A stretch of 63,213 bases of DNA, the filler included, from Octopus bimaculoides (Eukaryota), in the NCBI RefSeq assembly GCF_001194135.2. It is 7 parts of 6 records of this genome, joined end to end, with 100 filler letters (N's around TTAATTAATTAA, not from the genome) between each part and the next. Parts side by side here need not be neighbours in the genome. Positions count along the whole stretch, not along the records: positions 1 to 16,044 come from NC_068997.1; 6 more parts are not named here. The stretch is one strand, 5' to 3'. The notes below the pieces were generated by a model that was not told the DNA's origin, searched no databases, and saw nothing but the letters and a program-made list of their open reading frames with translations. The position numbers and the translations under genes are program-made. Shown one piece after another: positions 1 to 10,213 of the stretch; positions within the stretch are counted from its first letter, which is position 1, and each line of letters begins with the position of its first letter.

Positions 1-82
1 CAGTGTCACAATCTGTTAGGAATTTCAGACATTGATGTTTCGAGTATTCTGACTCTTGTTAATGAGATTTACCTAAGAGATG
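1..82 (-). mobile_element. 5' head of a further Tx1-like unit (D), continuing left of the window
   Basis: Minus strand reads ATCTCTTAGGTAAATCTCATT at about 62-82, resembling the head of unit C (CTCTCTTTGCTACATCTCAT). It directly abuts the 3' end of unit A. Confidence 0.5.
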
Positions 83-306
83 ATTCTTTACTATGAATAG
101 TTACATTCGTACATAGAAAGGACAAAACAGGATATTACAAAACATTTAACGATGCTTAGTAAGCTTATTTGATGACTTTAAAAATAATTTTGTATATATA
201 TATATATCTGATTAAAAAGTTTTTAAAACACTGACTGTAGTCCAGAAGGCCAGAGACTGCACCCTTCTGCCATGTGATTAAGTAGGGACAGTCACTCCCA
301 ACTTCT

Positions 307-3300
307 TCACAACATCCTTCCATTTTTTCTCATATATATGACAGATGTCTTCTCTCCAGTCCTATCTTGCTCCTCAGATGGTATCTGAAGAAATACAGCA
401 AGCCTGGGCCGGAGATAAAGGTTCCTGTCGCGACTTCTTTCATCCTGGTCCTCCAAGTACACTCTTTCATAATGGTGACTGTACAGAGAAAACATGCCTC
501 ACCTTCCTTTGAAAGTCCGGTTGGCAGTACAGTCTTTATCACAGACTAGATGTGACAACATGTGTTCGACGTAAATTATCAAACCGGAAATCTCTGGACA
601 CTGTACAAGGGTGTGCAGGACGGTTTCTTCTTCCTGCCCACACCTTGGGCATGTCGGTGACACTGGAATGCCGTGTCTGGACAATTTATCTCGAATGGGT
701 AATGCATTCCTATAGCACTGCCAAGTCTGGGATCTTTGATAATTATCCAAATACCCCGACCTGAAAGTTCTATGAAACAGGTTGGTTAGCTGGTTCTCAT
801 TGAACCCCAGAGTCTCTCCTAGGGCGTCATTGCTCTTAAACTCTACCATCCCTTTATAAAATAGCAAGGTGGTATTCCCACTGCCAGCCTTGCCCGCCCT
901 GTGGATTAGCGCGAGTACCTGTCAGCATTCTTTTTGCCATCCAGTCGTGTTCTGGCTTTTAATCAAATCGAGAGTAAATTCCTCCAAGGAGGCCACTCGT
1001 AGAAAGAATTCTTCCACAAGCGAATTCCACACCTGGCCACTATCCAGGTAGAGCCAGAGATGTCTTAGCCTCAGTGCATGTCTGCACATCATCAGCCACA
1101 GTATCCCTAACCCACCCTTTAGTGGTTCCTGGCAGGAAATGGAGCACCTCACAAGTGGCTTTCCTCCCTTCCACAACAAGTGGAAAAGGAGTCATGCCAA
1201 CTTGCTCAGCCATGAATCAGGACAAGGGACAACCGTCAGACGGTAGGTGATAACAGATGCAATGAAGACCTGTACCACCTCCACCCTTCTTTTCAGGGAT
1301 AGCACCCGTCCAGACCAAGTCCAGACTAGAGCCTCCACCCTGTCTGCCACCTCACTCCAATTTTTATCTGTCTGGGAATCCAGTCCAAACTCCAAGCAAC
1401 TTAACAGGACCATCCGTCAAGTGTCTTACAACACTGGACATTATCGACTTGCCGCTCCAGGTGCTGAGCTGCAAGCCAATGGATTTGTCCTTGTTAACTT
1501 TTGCCCCTGCCACCACCTCGTATCCCTTGATTGCATCTTCTACACAAGGTGACTGTGCCTCACTGGACACAGTGATGGTGACATCATCTGCATATGCAGA
1601 AATAGACTTACCATATCCGATTTCATTAGGGATGCTTCCCCAAATCTCCAACCTCTGCAGTAAAGGCTCAAGAGCCAGCACATACAGAAGCGGAGACAGG
1701 GGGCACCTTTGACGACCCGATCACTTGATCTCAAATGGGACCGACAGGTAACCGTTTACCTGGACTGTCAATTTAATGCCGCTATAAATAGCAGTGACCA
1801 GCCTCAGAATCCCGGTCCTAGCCCATCCGCATCAAGGACCGCCGCCAGATACTGGTGATCTACCATATCAAAAGCTTTACTTTGATCTAAATGGACCAAT
1901 GCCCTGCCCTTGCCTTGTCTAACATGTAGCACAAGAGATGAAGGTTGTCCTGGATTGACCTGCCTGGGATTGTGCATGTCTGCACTTTCTCTACAAGCTT
2001 TTCCACGACAAGCATCAACATTTTAGCTAGCACTTTGGCCAAAATCTTTAACTCTATGTTAAGTAGAGTTATGGGCCTGAAATTGCTAATATCATCCCCC
2101 TTGTTCGGGTCTTTTCTGATCAATGTCACCACTCCCCAACTAACAGAGCTGGGCATCCTCCCAATTCTGCTGCCAGTTCATGTTGATGCAGGCCAGCAAG
2201 TGTCCGAACAAGTCCGGCATACTTCGATAAAATTAGTAGAGCAGACCATCCAGCCCCAGCGAACTTGTGCCCAGCACATTCAGCCAGCACCTCCTTGACC
2301 TCTTCAGCTGTGATCGGCCCTTCACAGCACCTCGCCTCCCGTGTCAAGAGTTGTGGCCCACTGTCAAGGAAGTCCCTTAGGGGCTCTCAGTGGTCCATCG
2401 CATTGCCCTCCCCAAACAACCCGGAAAAATGCTGATGAAAAGCCTTCCGCTTCTTCTCTTGTTCTTCGATCTTACAACCCTGCTCATCAATTAAAGACTT
2501 TATAGAGGCTTCTCTGCCTCTACGACTCTCCACACGACGAGCCCATCTCCTTACTACATGTAACTTAGCCCTGACTCTACACCCAGCGTGTTTGGCTTTG
2601 AGGTGGAAGAACAAGACCGCCCTCGCCACCATCACTCTAGATGCAAAGCTAGATTCCATGGCCTCTTCTAATTCCTTAACTAATTTCCCTTCTATTCTAG
2701 TCTTTTCTAAACTTAGCTGTTTACTAAATCTAACAAACTCTGAACGAATGGCTCGTTTGAGGGCGCACCACCATCTATTATTGATGATGGTACCACATAA
2801 TGCCCTCTGAACTAATTCCTTAACCTGGGCCCGGAAGGCTTTACAAGTCAAAATAGACTTGTTTAGCTTCCAGTTCCCTGGTCCCTGTCTGTGGCACTTA
2901 ACTAAGTACACCTTACACATCACAAACTTGTGATCCATGTAAGGGATGCAGTAGAAACGTGGACAACTAACACTATCCTTATCTCTATTTGTAATGAATA
3001 CTCTATCGAGATAAGACCAGTGTGAACCGTCATTATTAGACCATGTCAACTGTGAAACAAGCGGTTCATCCAGCCTATAACGGCCTACTAAGTCATGGAT
3101 TGTTAGTAGCCTTTTAGGACCAGGATTTCCCCTTCTATTTGCCGAGCCAATACTATCCACCCATGCATCAAGTATAGTGTTAAAGTCTCCTGTTAAAACT
3201 AGAGCCTTAGACGTTACTAAGAAATACTCCAAGTCACGAAAAAAACCCAGCTTGCCTACACTCTTTCAGAGCGTAGACAGCTACCAACCTGAAAAACTGC

Positions 3301-3592
3301 TTACTTACATGTGTCACATTTAGGACGACCAGCCTACCTTTTGGGTCCAGAAAGACTGTACGTCCAAGCTTTTTCTGAACAAAACCACCATGCCTGTACC
3401 TCCCCGGCGACTAGGAGAAATAAATTTCTCATAGCTACTTAGAAGAGGCGAGAATGTATGTGGCTCATTCAACTTGGACTCAGTTACCACTCATATATCC
3501 AAATCTAGTGACCTGAGGTCATTCAGGAGACAGATTTGTTTCCATCTTGACTCCAAGCCACATGCATTTATACACCCTACTTTAATCTCCAT
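307..3592 (-). pseudogene. ORF2 (APE endonuclease + reverse transcriptase + zf-RVT) of unit A, with frameshifts and stops
   Basis: ORF fragments 2387-3232, 2126-2347, 1887-2156, 1364-1681 (SAYADD), 1192-1413, 922-1179, 499-867 and 330-542 are colinear LINE ORF2 pieces. Putative start MEIKVGCINAC at 3592. Confidence 0.9.
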
Positions 3593-3619
3593 GGAAGAAT
3601 TTAAAACAGCAAAAGAAAC

Positions 3620-5553
3620 TTACGTTTTTACGTTTTGGGAAAGGGCTGCACTAATTTTGGCAGTCTCTCTCTCTTTCTCTCTCTGGTGTGCAACCTCTAG
3701 CATTTTCTTGACCACTTCTTTAGTCACATTCAGTAAATCACTGGGATACCTTTTTTTAGAGGATTCGCAAAGTTCACCGTCTATAACTTTTGCCAGCCTA
3801 ATATTGGCTGGCATGTCTTGTACCTGCTTATATATGAATGCCTATGGGTGTCCTCCAGAAATTCTAGCCATTACTTGTTTTTTTCGTTGTATTTTATAAA
3901 TATCTCTTTTGATTGTGGGTGGGTGGGGGGTTTCGATTTGGGAGTGGACTGGGAAATTTTTCTTGTGTGCCTGCACGTGTGGTTATTGCTTTGTTATGGG
4001 AGGGAAGTCAGGGGCTGGGGCTTTTTTCCTTTTATGTGTCACAACTGTGTAATCCATCTCTTCCGTTTTATCTTGTTGACTTCCTTTGTCGCCATCTTTT
4101 GTTTTCTGTGATTTATTCTCCTCCTCTTTGTTTGTCTCTTTCTCCGGTTTTCTCGTTTTTTTCTACTCCTCCTTGTTAGTTTCTATACCTTTTTCTTTTA
4201 GGGGAAGGACATCTACTTTTTTGTCTTTTTACCTTTTCACAGTCTGGCCTCACATGTCTTCGACCTCCCACCGAGACACGGGCACTTAGTCCCTCCCCTA
4301 TAAAGATTCAATCTGGCCTTGATTCCAGAACCTCATTTGGGGCCTATACAATTTCCAGGGTTTGGCCTTTCCAATTAATGGCTTCTCTCCTTCTCATTTG
4401 TAGTACAGTTATTTCTTCTTTGGCGTCATAGATAACTGCAGCGGCCAACCATGATGCCTCGTACCTGGTTGGTATTTCCTTTATTGTGATTTTTGCTGTC
4501 CTTCTTCCTAAATATGTCAGAAAGAGGATTATTTCGTTGTTCCTTAATGTTTGAGTTGATATCTGCTTTGCCATTTCGGCATCTGTAAAATGCGCCTCCA
4601 CTGTAGTGCTTTTCACTCCTTTTCCTATGTACACGATTTTGCCCTATATGGGCGCTAGACACTTATAGGAAAGTGGTTATACACCATTAGGTGTATACCT
4701 GCTTCCGTACATTAAATTCTGAAGAAACAACGGAACGCAGATTCTGAACTATCAACACAACAATATTTATTTACAGAGGAAATAGGCAGCACTTCGCCCT
4801 TTGGTTGCTGAGACGCCGTCAATGATGTTGAGAGGTTATTTGTCTAGCTCCAGAGTTGGAATGTTGGAAAGAGACTGTCTCCAGAGTTGGAATGTTGGAG
4901 ACACTGCTTGACACGTCCATGCTCATGGCCGGCCGGCCGAGAAAGAGAATGAAAAGAGCGGGAACGTTTAGATGTTGAATTCCACGCATGCGCATGAGAC
5001 TCTTCCGGAACTAGTCTCTGCGCATGCGTGGATAAAACTCCGGACATTGAACATATAACAGTCGTCTGCCATAAGGTGTCACTACACACTTTTCCACTGT
5101 TTCATTTTTTGTAAGCATTATTCTCTTTTCCTTTTTATTGTAAACTTTATAGACCATCGTTTTTGATGCCAGGCTTTGTATAGTCTCTGGTGGTGGTAAG
5201 AGTTTAGTGTCACTTCCCGTCTTCTTTATAAGATTTCTGAACTTGAACAATTGTTCCTTTGTAACATTCATATCTATAAAGTTGCCTCCAACGGCTGCTA
5301 AAAAACTCAGTTTTTCACCTTCATTTGGTTCAATATTTCCTAGCATTGAGGGGAAATCCTTATTTGATTTTAAATCAAATTCCATTTTTTGACATAATAT
5401 TGTCTTTACAGACAACAACATAGAAAAAATACACCTTCTGTCACAAATGACAAAAGTAGAAAAAATTATTTCACTATGTACGGGGCAAAGTTCACAATAA
5501 TTGACAACAATTTTCTGCCCTGTAGGGTGAAAACACTGTTGAAACAATGTCAA
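3620..5553 (-). pseudogene. ORF1 (gag-like) of unit A, interrupted by a solo LTR; zinc knuckle partly deleted
   Basis: 4344-4634 (STTVEAHF...WLAAAVIYD) aligns with unit C ORF1 (GTVEVRL...WLAAAIMHD). 4230-4330 aligns with unit B RPDRIFIGEGLS but lacks the CxxC. Confidence 0.75.
4664..5086 (-). mobile_element. Solo LTR (Gypsy-like), 423 bp
   Basis: Minus strand starts TGTAG and ends CTATA (one change from CTACA). 4-bp TSD CACT at 4660-4663 and 5087-5090. AATAAA about 110 nt from the 3' end. Removing it restores ORF1 as VEKCLAPI*GKIVYIG. Confidence 0.8.
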
Positions 5554-5864
5554 AAGTTCGATTCACACAGGAATCCACAGAACAACAAACAGTATAACAA
5601 TTAAGAAAAGATTCCAGTAGCAAAGAGAGATTTCTTTATTATGATCATAAAATCTGATATAGAAGGACAATACAGGACAATACAAAACATTAAAAAAATA
5701 CTCAGCGAGTTTTTTTCAGTTTGTTTTTTTTTACACAAAAATATATCAAGTTAAAAATTAAATGATCATATGATTTAAAAATTTAGATTTTCTTTACATT
5801 TTTCCTTGTTGGTCTACTGTCTAACGGCTATACCTTTTTATTTATTTTTTTCCTCATTGGTAGA

Positions 5865-8800
5865 TTAAATAGGGACACTCACTCCCAACTTCCTTACCAC
5901 ATCCTTCCAACTTTTCTCATATATACTTCTAGACAGGTGCCTCCTCTCCAGCCCTATCTTGCTTTTCAGGTGATACCTGAAGTAGTAAAGCATTCCAGAG
6001 ATGAAGACCCCTGACTTCTTACCTTGCATTCTGGTTCTCCATGTACACTCATTTATAACTGTGACTGTACACAGAAAACAAGCCTCACCTTCCTTGGACA
6101 GTCCGGTGGGTGGTACATTCTTAATCACAGACTCAGCTGATAGCTGTACTCTTCCCAGATGTGACAACATGTGTTCTTCGTAGATTGTCATCTCCGAAAG
6201 ATGGTTGCACTGTACAAGAGCATGCAGGATAGTTTCCCTATCCTACCCACATCTTGGACATTCGGGTGGCACTGTAATTCCGTGCCTAGACAATTTATTG
6301 TGAATGGGTGATGCATTCCTGAAACACTGCCAGGTCAGGGAACTTTGGTAATTATCCAAATATCCCAACCTGAAAGTGTTCCAAAACAGTTTGGATAGCT
6401 GGTTCCCATCGAGCCCCAGCCTCTCTCCTAGAACGTCGTCACTTTTGTATTCTACCAACCCTTTATAAAATGCAGAGGTGGTATTCCCATAGCCAACCTT
6501 ACCCACCCTGTGGATTAGTGCAAGTGCCTTCCAGCATTCCTTTTGCCATTCAGTCGTTTTTAGTCTTTTAATAAAATCGGGTTTGAATTCCTCCAAGGAG
6601 GCTAGTCGTGGGAAGAACTCCCCTGCGAACGAATTCCACACCTGACCACCATCCAGGTAAAGCCAGAGATGCCTTAGTCTCAATGCATGTCTGCACGTCA
6701 GCAACCAAGGCATCCCTAGGCCACCCTTTAACGGTTCTTGACAGCGCACAGAGTGTCTCACAAGTGGCTTTCCTCTCCACAAAAAGCAGAAGAGAATTCG
6801 AACCAGCTTGTTTAACCACAAATCAGGGCAAGAGACGACGGTCAGGCAGTAGGTGATAACTGACACAATAAACGTCTGTACCACCTCCGCTCTTCCTTTC
6901 AAGGAGAGCGCTCTCACAGACCAAATCCGGGTTAGCGTCTCTACCTTGCTCATCATCTCACTCCAATTCTTCTCCATTTGGGAGCCTAGACCAAACCAAA
7001 CTCCAAGCAACTTAACAGGAACATCCGTCCAATGACACTGAACACTATCGGCTTGCTGCTCCAGGTGCTGAGCTGCAAACCAATGGACTCCTCCTTGTTA
7101 ACTTTTGCCCCTGCCATCGTCTTGTATCTTCTGATTGCCTCGGCCACACGAGGTAACTGATTCATCTTGGATACAGTGATGGGGACGTCATCCGCGTACG
7201 CAGAGACACTCTTACCACATCTGATTTCATTCGAGGTGCTTCCCAAATTCTCCAACTTCCGCAGCAATGGCTCAAGAGTCAATACATACAGAAGATGAGA
7301 CAGGGGGCACCCTTGACAAACTGAACGCCTGATCTCGAATGGCTCCAACAGGTAACCGTATACTTGAACTATGGATTTGATGCCACCGTAAATGGCTTTG
7401 ATCCAGCCGTGGAAATCTGGGCTCAGCCCCACCTCCTCAAGGACTGCCACCAAGTATCAGTAGTCAACCCTATCAAACGATTTACTCTGGTCTAAGTAGA
7501 CCAATGCCCCACTTTTACCGGAAACTTTACCTACCCTGTATAAGGTGTAGCGTAAGAGATGAAGATTGTCCTGGATGGACCTGCCAGGGATGGCACAAGT
7601 CTGCGCCTTCCCAACAAGTCTCTCCGCGACAACCATCAACCTTAAGGGCTCCTCATGGCCCAATGGCCCAATGTCTCACTTGTCCCAAACAACCATGTGA
7701 AATGCTGATGAAAGACCTTCCGCATCTCTTCCTGTCCTTCAATCAAGCACCCCTGTTTGTCAATTAATGACTGTATAGAGGTATCTCTGCCTCTCTGACT
7801 CTCCACACGATGGGCCCATCCCGCAACGTTAATGCCTTCTCTACCCACCGCACATAACTTAACCCTGACTCTACACCCTTAGTGCTTGGCTTGGAGGTGA
7901 CAGAATAATACTGTTCTCACCACTAACACTCTGGATGTAGAGCCTAATGCTATGGCCTCCTCTAACTCCTTAGTTAATTGCCCTTCTATTCTAGTCCCCT
8001 CTAAACTTAGTTCTTTACTAAATCTAAGAGACTCTAAACGAATGGCTCATTTGAGGGTGCACCACCATCTGTTATTCACAATGGCACCACATAATGCTCT
8101 CTGTACTAACTGCCTAATCCAGGAACAGAAGACACTACTAGTCAAAATAGACTTGTTCATCTTCCAGTACCCAGGTCCCTTTCTATGACACTTAACTAAC
8201 TGCACCTCTCATGTCACAAATTTGTGATCCATGTAGGAGGCACAGTGAAAATGTGGACAGCTAACTATGTCTCTACCACTATCTTTTATAATCATATTAT
8301 CTAAGTAAGACCTGAGTGAACCGTCGTTATTAGACCACGTCCACTGTGGAATGAGCGGTTCATTCAGACTGTATCGGTCTACTAGTTTATAGCTCGCTAG
8401 TAGCCGTTTTAGGCCAGGGCTACCTTATCTGTTATTCGAGCCAACACTATCCACTCACGCATCAAGAATAGTGTTGAAGTCTCCTATTAAAACTAAAGTT
8501 TTCGACTTTACTAAGAAATTCTCCAAGTCTCGAAAGAAATCCTTTTGTCTATTCTCTTTTGGAGCATAGACTACTACCAACCTGAAGGATTGCTTACTCA
8601 CATGTGTCACATCTAGAATGACCAGCCTACCTTCTGGGTCTAGAAAGACTGTACTTACCTGTACGTCCAAGCTTTTTTCGAACAGCACCACAATGCCTCC
8701 ATCCCTTCCTTGACTCGGAGAAATAAATTTCTCGCAGTCATTCAGAAGAGGCAAGAATGCCTGTGGGCCATTCAGCTTGGACTCAGTCACTACACATATA

Positions 8801-8895
8801 TCTAACTTTCACGACCTGAGGTCGTTCAGGAGGTATGTCTGCTTCCATTTCGACCCCAGGTCACACACATTTATACACCCTAACTTAATCATCAT
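5865..8895 (-). pseudogene. ORF2 of unit B
   Basis: ORF fragments 8455-8790 (endonuclease), 7457-7663 and 6986-7453 (RT, SAYADD), 6243-7010 and 5865-6191 are clearly homologous to unit A ORF2. Start MMIKLGCINVC at 8895. Confidence 0.9.
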
Positions 8896-8922
8896 GATAG
8901 AAAATTGAAAACATTTACCTTC

Positions 8923-9990
8923 TTATTCTTGAGGAGGGGCTTCACAACTTTCGTCGTCTGCTCCTTCTGTTTTCTTTTCGTCCAGTGTAGCCATTGGCTC
9001 CAACACAATTTTCTCTTTTACAATAAAATGACTGACATCAAAGATGTCGTCAGCATAACGTTCTTTAAACTGTTCGTAATGTACAGCGTCCATTCTTGCA
9101 AGCCACACATGTATCGGTTTGTGTTGGATCGGTCCAAAAACAGCATACTTTTTCTTAGTTATTAGTTCATGCAAAACTTCATTTTTAATGCTGTATGACA
9201 CAATTTTTTCACTATGCGCATGCAAAGGTTTGGGGGTGGGTTTTGATTTGGAGGTGAACGGGGTTATTTTTTTTTTTTGTGCTTTGTAATGATTCCTTTC
9301 GTTTTTGTGTAAGGGGAGGGGAGTCAAGGGCAAAGGATTTTTTTCGCTTGTGTGACACCACTGTAAAGTCCATAGCTTCAATTGTTGTTGCTTCCACTGT
9401 TGTATTGACGTTTTCTTTTTCTTTTGCTTTTTCTTTTGTATTTTCTTTTTCTTTCTCGGTTTTGGCAGCTTCATTCACTTGTTGAGTTCTTTCCTGTTTT
9501 GCTCTTTGCTGTGGTTCTTTCAGCTGTTTTGGGGGAGGGACTTCAGTTTTCTTTTGTGTCGGTTTTACTTTTTCACACTCGGAGTGGACGTGGCCCTTTT
9601 CGCTGCATTTGAAACATCTTGGCCAACGTCCCTCCACCAACACTCTTGTACTTAGTCCCTCCCCTATGAATATCCTATCTGGCCTTGTTTCCAATATTTC
9701 ATTGCAGGCTTGAACAAGTAATTCGAGGGCTTGCCCCTTCCAATTTCGAGTCTCTTTTTTTGAGACTTGTATGTCTTGAAATTGTCTGCCTACAGAGGAA
9801 TAGCCTTTTTCACATCCTTGTCTCCTTGTAGGTTTACCTGTTGGCCTTGTTCAGACGAGTTTTCTTCCTGTAGCAGCGGGAAGTCAACGTTACATAGAAG
9901 GAATTCAAGTTGAGATGCCATCTCGTCTTCCATGATTAAACTCACTCTGAACAGACGTCTTGTGAAGAAAGATTAATTTTTCCTCAACGG
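8923..9990 (-). pseudogene. ORF1 remnant of unit B with CX2CX4HX4C zinc knuckle
   Basis: ORFs 9212-9694 and 8923-9474: knuckle followed by a Lys/Glu-rich tract. Upstream limit approximate. Confidence 0.7.
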
Positions 9991-10213
9991 GAAAACAGTT
10001 CAGCAAATAATTTTTCAGTACACAAAATAATCCACAATAGTAGAAATAACAATTTTCCGCCCTGCAGGGCGAAAATACAACTCCTCACACGACTTCCGAA
10101 GTTCAAATTTCAACAGATCTGATAAACATTTACAAGAATTAACAACTGCAAAAACAGGTAAAAACTCACTCAGTATAACAGCAGCACAAATGACTCAGAG
10201 ATGTGGCGAAGAG

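Larger units (their letters stand above)
83..5629 (-). mobile_element. Tx1/L1-clade non-LTR retrotransposon, unit A (near full length, decayed)
   Basis: 5'UTR; ORF1 remnant about 3620-5400; ORF2 remnant 307-3592 with APE endonuclease (VLTGDFN), RT (FRPITLLN, YADD) and C-terminal zinc-binding region (CPRCGQEEETVLHTLVQC); 3'UTR ending AGTAAAGAAT near 83-92. Confidence 0.9.
5630..10213 (-). mobile_element. Tx1/L1-clade non-LTR retrotransposon, unit B (decayed, internal deletions)
   Basis: ORF1 with CCHC knuckle (CFKCSEKGHVHSEC, ORF 9212-9694); ORF2 5865-8895 with LIGDFN and YADD; 3'UTR ending AATAAAGAAAT at 5630-5640. Confidence 0.9.

Noticed and set aside
4641-4659. PBS-like TAGCGCCCATATAGGG next to the LTR
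   Set aside because: This is LINE ORF1 sequence (CLAPI*G) beyond the TSD; the resemblance to a tRNA-Lys PBS is only 12/18.
5011-5553. 180-aa ORF as a stand-alone gene
   Set aside because: Chimera of LINE 5'UTR/ORF1 and the first 76 nt of the solo LTR.
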